DNA of 64,000 bases from an uncultured Thiotrichales bacterium (GTDB taxonomy: Bacteria > Pseudomonadota > Gammaproteobacteria > UBA4575). The notes under the pieces were generated by a model, which was not told the origin of the DNA, searched no databases, and saw nothing but the letters and a program-made list of their open reading frames with translations. Below, piece after piece: positions 10,253 to 20,874 of this stretch. The stretch is taken from contig CAZTNC010000015.1 of assembly GCA_964614915.1 (NCBI GenBank), positions 89,196 to 153,195 of the forward strand, given 5' to 3'. The first letter of the stretch is position 1. Every line of letters begins with the position of its first letter. A program made the position numbers and the translations under genes.

Positions 10253-11503
10253 TCAAGGTGCCACCTCGCTGATCACGATGTCCACTGGACTGGAACCGCT
10301 TGTCTTGACTGGCTGCACACTTCCGTAGAGGTCGCCTGCCTGCATCTTTGCCTGCCCGGATCTGGAGATCCTTGCAACGACCTCCACCTGTTCCATGCTT
10401 GACAGGGCCATTTCCGGAATCATCGCAACCGTGTCATCCAGGGTGACCCTGGCCGGGAGCGCTGCCGCATTCATTCTTACCAGCGCCAGCGGCATCGGTG
10501 GGCCCTGAAGGGCGCGCGCATACACAAACAGCGTGTCGGAGTCAGCAACACGACTCCGCAGTTCCGCACTGAGCGAAACTAGGACATCGATGGAAGCTGC
10601 AGTTTCCGGCTTTTTATCCGAAGCTACCGCTTTCCCGGTTTCTTGCTCAGCAATAGCAATGCCAGACCCCGCTTTTTGCCTAGCATCATCCAGATAAATC
10701 TGCAGTGCAGACCGTGCTTCCTGCTGGTCATCCGGAACCTGGCGCAACAGTCTCTCCCAGTACTTCACGGAACTCCGATAATCATGAAGATGGTACGCGG
10801 CATAGCCTGCATACCACAGAGCACGGTCATGATACGGATCAATGTGCACTGCCCGCACGAAAAACGCCATCGTGTCTTCGTTAAATTGCTGGCCTGCTGC
10901 GAGTGCTTGCGCTTCGGCATAGCCCACGAGTATGTCCGCGTCTGTACCCTTCGACAGGATATAAGCCCTTTCATAGGCATCGACAGCCCCGCCGAAGTTA
11001 CCCAGCGCTAGGTAAGACCGTCCTAACATGGACCAGCCTGCCAAATCGTCCGGATCATCCCTCAGTTTCTGCTCAAGACTCCGGATCGCCCGCTCTACCG
11101 TAAGCATCCTGTCCTGAGCCGAGATTCCTGCCTGAAAATCATCAGACAATGAAGCCAGGCCGTTATCAACTTTCAGATACATGAACACGGAAATCACGGG
11201 CACCGCCAGCAGGACCGCAACGGCCATCGCCTTGCCACTTTTTTTGAAGACAGGTTGGCTGTAATCCGCAAGATCATCAATCAGGGTGCGCTTCAGATCA
11301 GCGCGGGCAGCCTCGAACTGTTCCCTGCCAATCAGGTCCCTCTTGAGGTCTTCGTCAAGCTCCTTGAGCTTTCGGTCAAATACAGCCCGATTCATGGCCT
11401 GGCGGCTGCCATCCGCACGTTCGTCTCTTGCAACTAGGGACGGCAATACAATGGCTAGTGCGACCACCACCAGGAATGCGCTTATGATCCAGAACGCAAG
11501 CAC
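10253..11503 (-). CDS. ccmI: cytochrome c-type biogenesis protein CcmI (CycH, TPR protein)
   Basis: 416 aa. N-terminal TM helix, TPR-like repeats, last gene of the ccm operon. Confidence 0.75.
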   Translation of the reverse strand: MLAFWIISAFLVVVALAIVLPSLVARDERADGSRQAMNRAVFDRKLKELDEDLKRDLIGREQFEAARADLKRTLIDDLADYSQPVFKKSGKAMAVAVLLAVPVISVFMYLKVDNGLASLSDDFQAGISAQDRMLTVERAIRSLEQKLRDDPDDLAGWSMLGRSYLALGNFGGAVDAYERAYILSKGTDADILVGYAEAQALAAGQQFNEDTMAFFVRAVHIDPYHDRALWYAGYAAYHLHDYRSSVKYWERLLRQVPDDQQEARSALQIYLDDARQKAGSGIAIAEQETGKAVASDKKPETAASIDVLVSLSAELRSRVADSDTLFVYARALQGPPMPLALVRMNAAALPARVTLDDTVAMIPEMALSSMEQVEVVARISRSGQAKMQAGDLYGSVQPVKTSGSSPVDIVISEVAP

Positions 11504-11507
11504 CGGG

Positions 11508-11957
11508 CTATTCCTCGGTGCGACTCAGGATCGAATCAACTTTTGCCTGCTCATCTTCCGTGAGTACCATGCTGCCTGCCTTTTTCTGTTTCCTCAGTAG
11601 CCGGGTCAGCACCGCCAGTGCGATCACAAGAAAAATGAGAGGACCAAACCACAGCAGCCATGTCCTGGGCTTGACCGGTGGCCTGTACAGCACGAAATCG
11701 CCATACCGGTCGACCATGAATTCCGTGATTTCGGAATCCGTGGCTCCTGCCTGCAACATTTTCCTGACCTCGCCGCGCAAGTCCTTGGCCAGGTCCGCAT
11801 CGGATTCTGCAATGGTCTGGTTCTGACAAACCAGGCAACGCAGTTCGTCCAGCAGGGAGTAATAGCGTTTTTCGTGCTCTGGGGCCAAGGTGCCTGGCTG
11901 CGCCAGTGCGGTAAAACTAAGCAAAAATACGGTGACCATGTAGCAGGCTTTTCGCAC
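11508..11957 (-). CDS. ccmH: cytochrome c-type biogenesis protein CcmH
   Basis: Signal peptide, LRCLVCQNQ (CXXC) motif, C-terminal TM helix. Confidence 0.85.
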   Translation of the reverse strand: MRKACYMVTVFLLSFTALAQPGTLAPEHEKRYYSLLDELRCLVCQNQTIAESDADLAKDLRGEVRKMLQAGATDSEITEFMVDRYGDFVLYRPPVKPRTWLLWFGPLIFLVIALAVLTRLLRKQKKAGSMVLTEDEQAKVDSILSRTEE

Positions 11958-12491
11958 CTACAGGACCTCGCTCTGCAACTGGCCTATCAGCGGCAACAAC
12001 TTCTCCTCGACATCCTGCTGCGTGACCACACCGATGTGCTTGTAACGGATGATGCCCTTCTTGTCGACCACGAACGTTTCAGGAACCCCGTACACTCCCC
12101 ACTCGATCCCGACCCGACCGGATGCATCCACTGCATGTGCCAAGTAGGGGTCTCCGTGCTCGACCAGCCACTGGCGCGCCTTGATGACATCGTCCTTGTA
12201 GTTCAATCCATATATGATGACCGCATTGCGGCGCGCCAGCTCGCTCAGCACAGGATGCTCCTCTAGGCATGCGACGCACCAACTAGCCCAGACATTAAGT
12301 AGGCTCACCTTGCCCAGAAATTCACTTTCTGAAAACAAAACCTCGCTGTTGTCAAGCCGTGGCAGCGAAAATTCAGGGACCGGCTTGCCGACCAACGGGG
12401 AAGAAACCTCAGTAGGATCCCTGTACAAGCCAACAAACAGAAAGCTTGCCAGTATGAAAAACGCGATGACGGGAACGAGATACTTGGACAT
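11958..12491 (-). CDS. ccmG: thiol:disulfide interchange protein CcmG/DsbE
   Basis: Thioredoxin-fold WASWCVACLEEHP motif; tandem with ccmF and ccmH. Confidence 0.88.
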   Translation of the reverse strand: MSKYLVPVIAFFILASFLFVGLYRDPTEVSSPLVGKPVPEFSLPRLDNSEVLFSESEFLGKVSLLNVWASWCVACLEEHPVLSELARRNAVIIYGLNYKDDVIKARQWLVEHGDPYLAHAVDASGRVGIEWGVYGVPETFVVDKKGIIRYKHIGVVTQQDVEEKLLPLIGQLQSEVL

Positions 12492-12498
12492 GCCGACA

Positions 12499-14499
12499 TC
12501 ACGAAGTAGCAGTAGCTTGCCGCTCGTGAAAGCCCTGTGCCGCGGTCTTTCTGCGCCGTTTCAGTTTCAGGCGGTAACGGCGGTCCAATGCTGCGAGAAT
12601 CCCGCCGGCCGCCATCAGCGTCGCTCCAAGCCAAATCCATTGCACAAAGGGTTTGTAGTACAGCCGCATGCCCCAGGTACGATCGTCGACCTGCTCGCCA
12701 AGTGCCACGTACACATCGCGTAAAAACCCGCTTTCAATACCTGCTTCTGTCATGGGATTTTGCTGGACGAGATAGGTGCGCTTTTCCGGCAAGAGCAACG
12801 CGACAGGCTCACCGTTTTTGAAAACCCGCACGGAGGCCTGCTTGGAAAAATAATTCGGACCCTGCACATCCCTGACTCCATCAAACCGGAACAGATAGCC
12901 CGACAGCTCTGCTTCTTGCCCGACTTGCATGGGTAGCTCGCGTACTTCTTCAAATGCGCTGACAAGTGTCACACCAAGCACGAATACTCCGACCCCAAGA
13001 TGCGCCAGCGACATGCCCCAGATTGCATGCGGGATCTTCCGGATGCGATGGAGAATGTGCATGCCATGCTCCGTCAGGCGAATGTTCTTGGACAGGTAGT
13101 ACACGGCAGAGGCGATAGACCACGCTCCCAGTGTAACGCCCAGTGTGACAAGGATGGTACTTCTCCCAGCAACCATCACGGGCAATACCAGCCCTATGAC
13201 GAGCCCGATTGCAGCAATTTTGAACAAGCGCTTGAATACCTGATTTATGGGCGTGCTCTTCCAGCGCATGAAGGGCCCGATACCGACGACGAGCACCAGT
13301 GGCAAGGTCAAGGCTGAAAACACCAGGTCGAAATAGGGTTTACCAACAGACAGCGACGGTAAATTGAGGGCGCTGACGAACAAGGGGTACAGAGTGCCCA
13401 CCAAGATCGTCAGCGTGGCCACCAGCAACAGCACGTTATTGATCAGCAGCGCGGTTTCCCTGGAGAAGACTTCAAATTGCCCTGTAGACTTGATGTAGGG
13501 CGCACGTATGGCATACAGGCTCAACGAGCCCCCGACAACCACCGCCAGGAACATGAGGATATACAGTCCGCGCGCGGGATCCGTAGCAAACGCATGCACC
13601 GACACCAGCACACCTGAACGCACTAGAAAGGTTCCAAGAAGGCTCAGTGAAAAGGCAAGAATGGCGAGCAGCACTGTCCAGTTTTTCAGGCTCGAGCGCT
13701 TGTCCGTCACCGCCAGGGAATGAACCAGTGCCGTGCCCACCAGCCAGGGCATGAACGAAGCATTCTCAACAGGATCCCAGAACCACCATCCACCCCAGCC
13801 CAGCTCATGGTATGCCCACCAGCTTCCTAAGGTGATGCCGATGGTCAGGGACACCCAAGCGTAGATCACCCAGGGCCGGGACCATCTCGCCCATATGGAA
13901 TCCAGCTTGCCTCCCAGCAAGGCCGCAATGGCAAAGGCAAAGGCTACCGAAAACCCCACATACCCCATGTACAGCATGGGAGGGTGCATGACCAGACCCG
14001 GATCCTGCAACAGGGGGTTCAGGTCCCTGCCCTCGACCGGAGATGGAAAAATGCGCTCAAAGGGGTTTGAGGTCAGCAGCGTGAACAGCAAAAATCCGAC
14101 ACTTACAAAGCCCATGACCCCCAAAACACGGGCAACCATGTCCCTGGGCAGGCTGGTGCTAAAAACTGTCACCGCAACGGTCCAGAACCCTAGCATCAAA
14201 ACCCAGAGCAACAAGGAGCCCTCATGCGCACCCCAAACCGCTGAAACCTTGTAATGAAGTGGCAATGCCGTATTGGAATTGTTTGCTACATACAATACGG
14301 AGAAATCGTCAATAATGAAGCTGTAGGTCAGGCAGGCATAGGAAATGGCAATGAATAAAAGCTGTCCACGGGCTGCAGGTTTGGCCACGGCCATCCACTG
14401 GGCCGTGTGTGTCTGAGCACCCAGCAGGGGCACCAGAGTCTGCACGAATGCCAGACAAAGGGCGATGATCAGGGCAAAATGGCCGATTTCAGGAATCAC
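12499..14499 (-). CDS. ccmF: cytochrome c heme lyase subunit CcmF
   Basis: 666-aa polytopic membrane protein with the CcmF-type WWAYHELGWGGWWFWDPVEN tryptophan-rich motif. Confidence 0.9.
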   Translation of the reverse strand: MIPEIGHFALIIALCLAFVQTLVPLLGAQTHTAQWMAVAKPAARGQLLFIAISYACLTYSFIIDDFSVLYVANNSNTALPLHYKVSAVWGAHEGSLLLWVLMLGFWTVAVTVFSTSLPRDMVARVLGVMGFVSVGFLLFTLLTSNPFERIFPSPVEGRDLNPLLQDPGLVMHPPMLYMGYVGFSVAFAFAIAALLGGKLDSIWARWSRPWVIYAWVSLTIGITLGSWWAYHELGWGGWWFWDPVENASFMPWLVGTALVHSLAVTDKRSSLKNWTVLLAILAFSLSLLGTFLVRSGVLVSVHAFATDPARGLYILMFLAVVVGGSLSLYAIRAPYIKSTGQFEVFSRETALLINNVLLLVATLTILVGTLYPLFVSALNLPSLSVGKPYFDLVFSALTLPLVLVVGIGPFMRWKSTPINQVFKRLFKIAAIGLVIGLVLPVMVAGRSTILVTLGVTLGAWSIASAVYYLSKNIRLTEHGMHILHRIRKIPHAIWGMSLAHLGVGVFVLGVTLVSAFEEVRELPMQVGQEAELSGYLFRFDGVRDVQGPNYFSKQASVRVFKNGEPVALLLPEKRTYLVQQNPMTEAGIESGFLRDVYVALGEQVDDRTWGMRLYYKPFVQWIWLGATLMAAGGILAALDRRYRLKLKRRRKTAAQGFHERQATATS

Positions 14500-14966
14500 G
14501 GGGCTTCGCGGCCATACTCCGCCATGCTTCCCGGAAGTGAATCACGATACGCTTCCAGGCTGGCGGCCACTTCGGGTGGCATGTAATTTTCATCATGCTT
14601 GGCCAGCACTTCCTGCGCAACAAACACACCTTCTTCATTCAAGACCCCCTGCGCAACGATGCCCTGGCCTTCGCGGAACAGGTCGGGCAACAAACCCGTA
14701 TAGCGTACCGTGATGGACTGGTTCAGGTCCGTCAGGCCAAAATCTGTAGTCAGCCCGTCGCCTGCCTTGATCACGCTGCCGGCGACCACGAGTCCACCGA
14801 GCCTGAACAGCCTGTTTCCTGGCACTTCACCTGCAACGACCTCGGACGGCGTGTGAAACAACATGATGTTCTGTCGCATTGCATACAGGGCAAGGGCCAC
14901 GGCACAACTGAGACCTGCCAAAAGGATGACGATAAAAATCATACGTTGTTTTCTTTGCGCGCGCAT
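14496..14966 (-). CDS. ccmE: heme chaperone CcmE
   Basis: 156 aa. N-terminal TM anchor, then the CcmE OB-fold sequence (FRLGGLVVAGSV...GIVAQGVL). Confidence 0.9.
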   Translation of the reverse strand: MRAQRKQRMIFIVILLAGLSCAVALALYAMRQNIMLFHTPSEVVAGEVPGNRLFRLGGLVVAGSVIKAGDGLTTDFGLTDLNQSITVRYTGLLPDLFREGQGIVAQGVLNEEGVFVAQEVLAKHDENYMPPEVAASLEAYRDSLPGSMAEYGREAP

Positions 14967-14977
14967 ACTGTCTTGAG

Positions 14978-15127
14978 CTACCGTTCCAGACTCTCTTCAA
15001 TTTCCCTGCGAATCTTTTTCTTGCGCAGGCTGGCAAGTGCCAGGCCCAGGGCCAATGCAGCCAACGTGATGCCATAGGCCCCCCAGACGTAGAATGCCTT
15101 GCCATCCATGTAGAAGAATTCTTGCAT
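14978..15127 (-). CDS. ccmD: heme exporter protein CcmD
   Basis: Not in the ORF track (<60 aa). Manual reverse-complement translation gives MQEFFYMDGKAFYVWGAYGITLAALALGLALASLRKKKIRREIEESLER*. It has one TM helix and a basic tail, and sits exactly between ccmC and ccmE. Confidence 0.7.
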   Translation of the reverse strand: MQEFFYMDGKAFYVWGAYGITLAALALGLALASLRKKKIRREIEESLER

Positions 15128-15129
15128 AA

Positions 15130-15867
15130 TCAATCTCTTGTCAAAATATCCTGAACCCAGCTAGTAAGACGTTCCCGGTACAAGATCGCATTTCGCATGC
15201 GAATGAACAACAGGCTCACAAAATACAGCTGGAAGGCAGTTGCCATGACCAGTAGCGGGTAAAGCATGCTCGGGTGTACAGACGGCGTCTTGGAAATCAG
15301 TTGCATATTGGGCTGATGTAGTGAACTCCACCATGTTACAGAATAGTGAATGATGGGTATATTGATTACCCCGATAATGGCCAGGATACTCGCCACGCGG
15401 GCTGCAGTGCGGGGTTCTTCGATGACGGAATGGACAGCGATAATCCCGAAATACAAAAACAGCAGAATCAGCTCCGAGGTCAATCTTGCGTCCCACTGCC
15501 AGTAGGTTCCCCAGGTCGGTTTACCCCACAACATGCCGGTAACCAATGCCAGTGCCGTGAACATCGCACCGATTACAGCGCACTCCGATACCACGATCTC
15601 CGACAGCTTCGTCCTCCACACAATGGCAATAAAGCCAGCACCCGCCATTACGACGTATACAAACATCGACATCCATGCAGACGGGACATGAACATATATG
15701 ATCCGGTACGACTCACCCTGCTGGTAATCCGATGGTGCGACCACTAGTCCCCAGTAAAGTCCCACAAACATCAAAACTGCAGTACTGCCCAGCAGCCAGG
15801 GCACCCATCTCCCGGACCACTCGTAGTAATACTTCAGCGAAGACAGCCTATAAAGGAATTTCCACAT
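15130..15867 (-). CDS. ccmC: heme exporter protein CcmC
   Basis: 245-aa membrane protein with the tryptophan-rich WGKPTWGTYWQWDARL motif. Confidence 0.9.
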   Translation of the reverse strand: MWKFLYRLSSLKYYYEWSGRWVPWLLGSTAVLMFVGLYWGLVVAPSDYQQGESYRIIYVHVPSAWMSMFVYVVMAGAGFIAIVWRTKLSEIVVSECAVIGAMFTALALVTGMLWGKPTWGTYWQWDARLTSELILLFLYFGIIAVHSVIEEPRTAARVASILAIIGVINIPIIHYSVTWWSSLHQPNMQLISKTPSVHPSMLYPLLVMATAFQLYFVSLLFIRMRNAILYRERLTSWVQDILTRD

Positions 15868-15870
15868 CGC

Positions 15871-16539
15871 TTAATCCATACTTATTTTCAATGAAGCACT
15901 GATGGCAAGCGGTGCCAATACCAGTGCCAGGATCAAACCCGATCCCAGCATGGCCAGCTGTCCCGAAACAGCAAGCCCATCCGTAGCGGCACTGACCGCT
16001 GACGATGCGAATATCAAAACCGGTACATACAGTGGCAACACGAGAAGACCCAGCAATACACCGCCGCCACGGAAGCCTGCGGTAAGCGCGGCACCAATCG
16101 CACCGATCAGGCTCAGTATCGGGGTACCCAGCAAAATCGTGACCCACAGCACCGGGACTGCCTGTACAGGCATGTGCAAAAGCATCGCCATCAACGGCAC
16201 AATCAGCAGCATGGGGACCCCTGTAATCAGCCAGTGCGCAACCACTTTCCCGAGTATCAGCAACGAGAAAGGATAGGGGTTCAAGAGCAACTGCTCAATG
16301 CTGCCATCTTCAAAATCCTGCCTGAAAATACTCTCCATGGAAATCAGGGCCGCCAGTAATGTGGTGACCCATACCAGTCCCGGTGCCAACCTTCCCAGAA
16401 ATTCGGCATCTGGACTGACTCCCAAGGGGAAAAGGGTCGCCACGATCACGTAGAACAGAACCGGGTTCATCAAGTCTGCGCGCCTGCGGTAGGCCAGCAA
16501 CAGGTCTCGTTGGATAATGGTAAAAAATACACCCAGCAT
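15871..16539 (-). CDS. ccmB: heme exporter permease CcmB
   Basis: 222-aa 6-TM ABC permease in the conserved operon position. Confidence 0.85.
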   Translation of the reverse strand: MLGVFFTIIQRDLLLAYRRRADLMNPVLFYVIVATLFPLGVSPDAEFLGRLAPGLVWVTTLLAALISMESIFRQDFEDGSIEQLLLNPYPFSLLILGKVVAHWLITGVPMLLIVPLMAMLLHMPVQAVPVLWVTILLGTPILSLIGAIGAALTAGFRGGGVLLGLLVLPLYVPVLIFASSAVSAATDGLAVSGQLAMLGSGLILALVLAPLAISASLKISMD

Positions 16540-16541
16540 GA

Positions 16542-17174
16542 TTATGACAACTCGATTCGCTTTACCCGGTGTTCGGGAATCTTCAATTCGCGATGTGTTG
16601 TGACCACCAGGATTCCCCGGTTTTCGAGATGATCCTTCAATACCTGTTCGAAGCTACCGATAAACTCCTTGTCCAATGCCGTAAGGGGCTCATCGAGCAC
16701 CCAGATCGCTCTTCGTTGCAACTGCAACTTGGCCAGTGCCAGGCGCCTCTTCTGCCCAGCAGAGAGCTTGCCTGTCATCATGTTTCGTTGCCCGAACAAG
16801 CCCGCGGTGCGGACAACTTCCTTGACTTCAGATTCTTTGCTGCTTTCGCCTGCCAAACGTTGCATAAATACAAGATTCTCCAGCACTGTCAGGTCCGGTT
16901 TGACACCGGATTGATGACCCACATAGGACACCTGTTGCCGGAAATTCTCATGCCCGTATATGGGTTCACTGCACCAGGTCACCCGGCCTTCGGCAGGCTG
17001 GCTGAACCCACATATAATCCTAAGCAAGCTCGTCTTACCACTGCCATTACTGCCTCTCACCACCAGAGTTTCTCCTGAGATGATTGAGAACCCCAAACCG
17101 GAAAACAGTTCCTTGCCCCCTCGTATACACTTCAGGTCATGTGCTTCGAGTACCCTTGGTGCTGGAATAGGCAT
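16542..17174 (-). CDS. ccmA: heme exporter ATP-binding protein CcmA
   Basis: Walker A GSNGSGKTSLLR, ABC signature LSAGQKRR, Walker B ILDEP. Confidence 0.85.
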   Translation of the reverse strand: MPIPAPRVLEAHDLKCIRGGKELFSGLGFSIISGETLVVRGSNGSGKTSLLRIICGFSQPAEGRVTWCSEPIYGHENFRQQVSYVGHQSGVKPDLTVLENLVFMQRLAGESSKESEVKEVVRTAGLFGQRNMMTGKLSAGQKRRLALAKLQLQRRAIWVLDEPLTALDKEFIGSFEQVLKDHLENRGILVVTTHRELKIPEHRVKRIELS

Positions 17175-17400
17175 CGCATCGAACTTGATCAGGTAAAATA
17201 CAGAACTGGCACAGCTGACTTATCTAGCCGCAAAGAATCTTAACATGCAGAGCCTTGAAAAAACGAACCATTGGGTGTGTGCAAGAGGCATGCAGGTAAC
17301 TCCTGCGCTATCTGGAAAGACATCAAATACGAAGATCAGCGACCGCTGCGATGCGCAAGTAACGGCCATGTTTCTCTCATACTCCAGCACTCCCTAGGTC

Positions 17401-20400
17401 ATGGATATCTTCCATCCCCCACAGCCTGACACGATCTGTCCCCGGATCACCTGGGGCCAGACCTATGGCTGCAGCAAGAGCCTGGCACTGTCGAAAGCCA
17501 TTGAAGGATATGAGGGCATGACCCTGATCATCACACCGGATATCCAGACCGCGGGCATTCTGAAAAGTGAACTGTCTTTTTTCTGTAGCTCTTCTGTCGA
17601 GATCTTTTTGTTTCCGGATTACGAGACCCTTCCATATGATGCACTCCCTCCCCACGAAGACATCATTTCGGACCGGCTGCTCACCTTGCGTTCACTTCTT
17701 GATGCTCGTTGTCGCACTCTGATTATCCCGGTCGCTACCTTCATGAGCCGGCTCTCGCCCGAATCGTTCATAAGGGACCAGATACTGAATCTCGCGACTG
17801 GAGACCAGCTTGATCCTGAAGATTTCAGGAAAACCCTGGTCAAGGCGGGCTACCAGTACGTATCCCAGGTCATGCTACACGGGGAGTTCGCCGTTCGCGG
17901 CTCCATTATCGACCTGTATCCCATGGGATGCCTGCAACCCTACCGGATCGACCTGTTCAATGACGAGATTGATACCATCCGTACCTTCAACCCTGACAAC
18001 CAGATCTCGGCTCACAAGGTCGACGGGTTTCAAATCCTTCCTGCACGCGAATTCCCTACCGACGAAAGTGCCGTCAAACGATTTAGAAAAAACTACAGGG
18101 TCCAAATCGAAGGTGATCCGAACAACAGTGTAATTTACCGGGAAGTCAGCAACCACAATCTACCGCGTGGAGTGGAATACTACTTCCCGTTATTTTTTGA
18201 GCAAACCAGTACATTCTTCAACTACATCCCCGATGAATGCCGGCTGGTTTTATTTGAAAACAGCATCGAGGCCGCAGAGGATTTTGAGAGCGAGGTGTTT
18301 TCAAGGTACGAACAACGGAAATACGACCCGGAACGCCCACCATTAAATCCCGACCAACTATGGATTTCCACCGCAGACCTTGAGAACGGTCTGCAGAAAT
18401 TCAACACCATCCAGATTCAGCAATTCAAGATCGAGCGCCCGCGCCAAGACCAGCACAACTTTCATACCCGGGCACTCCCTGCCCTTGCCATAAATTCAAG
18501 GGTAAACAATCCGGCTACGGAACTCGTTCAGTTTATAGAAACCAGCAACTGCAAAATACTGTTCCTTGCCGAGTCACCCGGCAGAAGGGAGTACCTGTGT
18601 GATGTATTGAAAGGGTTTGGCATACGCCCCAAGGTTATCAAGAGCTGGCAGGAATTCATCAACTCCGAGCTCTCCCTAGCAATCACAGTCGGGCCCTTGG
18701 AGGAAGGCCTGCTTCTACCTGAAAACGAAATTGCGATCGTCACTGAAAGCAACCTGTTTGGCGCGCGCGTAAAACAGAAAAGGAAATACAGACGGCACAT
18801 ACGGGATGCCGAGGCACTCATCCGGGATCTTTCTGAATTGGCCCAAGGAGCGCCCATGGTGCATGAAGACCATGGTGTAGGACGGTACCGGGGGCTGAAA
18901 ACTTTGAATCTCAGTGGAGCAGAAACCGAATTCCTGGTGCTCGAGTATGCAAACCAGGACCTCCTGTATGTGCCTGTGTCTTCACTCCATCTTGTCAGTC
19001 GCTATACGGGAGCATCGGAAGACAACGCACCCCTTCACCGCCTGGGGGGCGAAGCCTGGAAAAATATAAAACGTCGTGCCGTGGCACGCACCCGCGATGT
19101 AGCTGCCGAACTGCTCGACATTTACTCGCGGCGTGAGGCCAAAAAGGGCTACCAGTATGTCATCAACCATCAGGAGTTGAATCTGTTCGGCTCCACTTTT
19201 TCCTATGAGGAGACTCCGGACCAGCAAAAGGCGATTGACGACGTCATAGACGACATGAAGTCGAAAAAGCCCATGGACCGTATCGTCTGCGGCGATGTCG
19301 GCTTTGGCAAGACTGAAGTCGCCATGCGTGCTGCCTTTGTTGCCGCTCTGGCAGGAAAACAGGTTGCCGTGCTGGTACCCACGACCCTGCTTGCCATGCA
19401 GCACTTCCAAAGCTTCAGTGACCGCTTTGCCGACTGGCCGGTACGCATTGAGCATGTCTCGCGGTTTGTATCAGGTAAAAGACAAAGTGCCGCCAAAACC
19501 GGTCTCTCTGACGGAAGCATTGACATCGTTATCGGTACGCACAAACTGTTGAGCACTGACATCAGATTCAAAAATCTTGGCTTGATTGTTGTTGATGAGG
19601 AACAGCGGTTTGGCGTCAGCCAGAAAGAGATTCTTAAAAAAATGCGCGCCGAGGTAGATGTCCTGACCCTGACAGCAACCCCCATTCCAAGAACACTGAA
19701 CATGTCACTGAGTGGATTGCGTGACCTGTCCATTATTGCAACGCCACCCAGTCATCGCCATGCAATCAAGACTTTCGTCGGCACGTGGGACACACACACC
19801 ATACGCGAAGCCTGTCTCCGTGAACTCAAGCGCGGTGGGCAAGTCTTTCTGCTGCACAACGAGGTCCGCAGTATCGAGAAAACCGCCAGAGAGATTCGGA
19901 AATTGTTGCCCAATACCGTTGTCGGGGTTGCACACGGTCAAATGCCCGAACAGGATTTGGAACAGATCATGGTTGATTTCTACCACCAGCGCTTCAATGT
20001 CCTGGTGTGCACTACGATCATAGAAAACGGGATCGACATCCCTTCGGCCAATACGATCATTGTCAATCGTGCGGATAAGCTGGGGCTGTCTCAGCTTCAT
20101 CAAATCCGAGGAAGGGTTGGCCGGTCTAGTCACCGGGCCTATGCCTACCTGATCGCCCCGCCTAAATCTGCAATGTCGGAAAATGCTGTAAAACGGCTGG
20201 AAGCCATTGAAGCACTGGAAGAGCTAGGTGCCGGGTTTACGGTGGCTACCCATGACCTGGAGATCCGGGGTGCCGGCGAATTGCTGGGCGCAGAGCAAAG
20301 CGGTCAAATTCATGAAATCGGATTCAGCCTGTACAACCAGCTCCTCGCACGCACTGTAGCTGCACTCAAGGCAGGCGAAATCCCCTCCGCTGATCTGCCT

Positions 20401-20856
20401 TCTGATCATGGAACAGAGGTGGACCTGGGTGTACCAGCCCTGCTGCCGGAGGACTACGTACCTGACGTACACACACGGCTGATGCTCTATAAGCGAATCG
20501 CGAGCGCAAGAAACATGGATGACCTGAATGACCTTGAAGTTGAGTTGATCGATCGATTCGGTCTGCTGCCGGAATATGCAAAAAACCTTTTCAGTGTCAC
20601 TCAGATCAAGCTAGTTGCAGAGCATTATGATGTAACCCGGATACGGGCTGGAAACGAATCTGCGCACCTGAGCTTTGCAAAATCACATAAGATAGATGTG
20701 AGCAAACTGCTGGCACTTGTTCAGGAAAACCCTTCCATGTATAAGCTGAGTAGTGCAGAGAAACTTACGATATATGCTGAAATGGAAGACGTGCAGCAAC
20801 GAATTGAAACCATCGGCGGATTACTCAACGGCCTCCAACTCAAGCAGGCTGCCTGA
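17401..20856 (+). CDS. mfd: transcription-repair coupling factor Mfd
   Basis: 1151 aa; UvrB-homology N-terminus, RecG-like helicase motifs (GDVGFGKTEVA, DEEQRFGV), TRCF C-terminal domain. Confidence 0.95.
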   Translation: MDIFHPPQPDTICPRITWGQTYGCSKSLALSKAIEGYEGMTLIITPDIQTAGILKSELSFFCSSSVEIFLFPDYETLPYDALPPHEDIISDRLLTLRSLLDARCRTLIIPVATFMSRLSPESFIRDQILNLATGDQLDPEDFRKTLVKAGYQYVSQVMLHGEFAVRGSIIDLYPMGCLQPYRIDLFNDEIDTIRTFNPDNQISAHKVDGFQILPAREFPTDESAVKRFRKNYRVQIEGDPNNSVIYREVSNHNLPRGVEYYFPLFFEQTSTFFNYIPDECRLVLFENSIEAAEDFESEVFSRYEQRKYDPERPPLNPDQLWISTADLENGLQKFNTIQIQQFKIERPRQDQHNFHTRALPALAINSRVNNPATELVQFIETSNCKILFLAESPGRREYLCDVLKGFGIRPKVIKSWQEFINSELSLAITVGPLEEGLLLPENEIAIVTESNLFGARVKQKRKYRRHIRDAEALIRDLSELAQGAPMVHEDHGVGRYRGLKTLNLSGAETEFLVLEYANQDLLYVPVSSLHLVSRYTGASEDNAPLHRLGGEAWKNIKRRAVARTRDVAAELLDIYSRREAKKGYQYVINHQELNLFGSTFSYEETPDQQKAIDDVIDDMKSKKPMDRIVCGDVGFGKTEVAMRAAFVAALAGKQVAVLVPTTLLAMQHFQSFSDRFADWPVRIEHVSRFVSGKRQSAAKTGLSDGSIDIVIGTHKLLSTDIRFKNLGLIVVDEEQRFGVSQKEILKKMRAEVDVLTLTATPIPRTLNMSLSGLRDLSIIATPPSHRHAIKTFVGTWDTHTIREACLRELKRGGQVFLLHNEVRSIEKTAREIRKLLPNTVVGVAHGQMPEQDLEQIMVDFYHQRFNVLVCTTIIENGIDIPSANTIIVNRADKLGLSQLHQIRGRVGRSSHRAYAYLIAPPKSAMSENAVKRLEAIEALEELGAGFTVATHDLEIRGAGELLGAEQSGQIHEIGFSLYNQLLARTVAALKAGEIPSADLPSDHGTEVDLGVPALLPEDYVPDVHTRLMLYKRIASARNMDDLNDLEVELIDRFGLLPEYAKNLFSVTQIKLVAEHYDVTRIRAGNESAHLSFAKSHKIDVSKLLALVQENPSMYKLSSAEKLTIYAEMEDVQQRIETIGGLLNGLQLKQAA

Positions 20857-20874
20857 ATCTTGGGCTCTTGAACC

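Noticed and set aside
17200-17225. TGGCAC hexamer in the ccmA-mfd intergenic region (possible sigma-54 -24 element)
   Set aside because: No TTGC(A/T) -12 element at the required 5-nt spacing.
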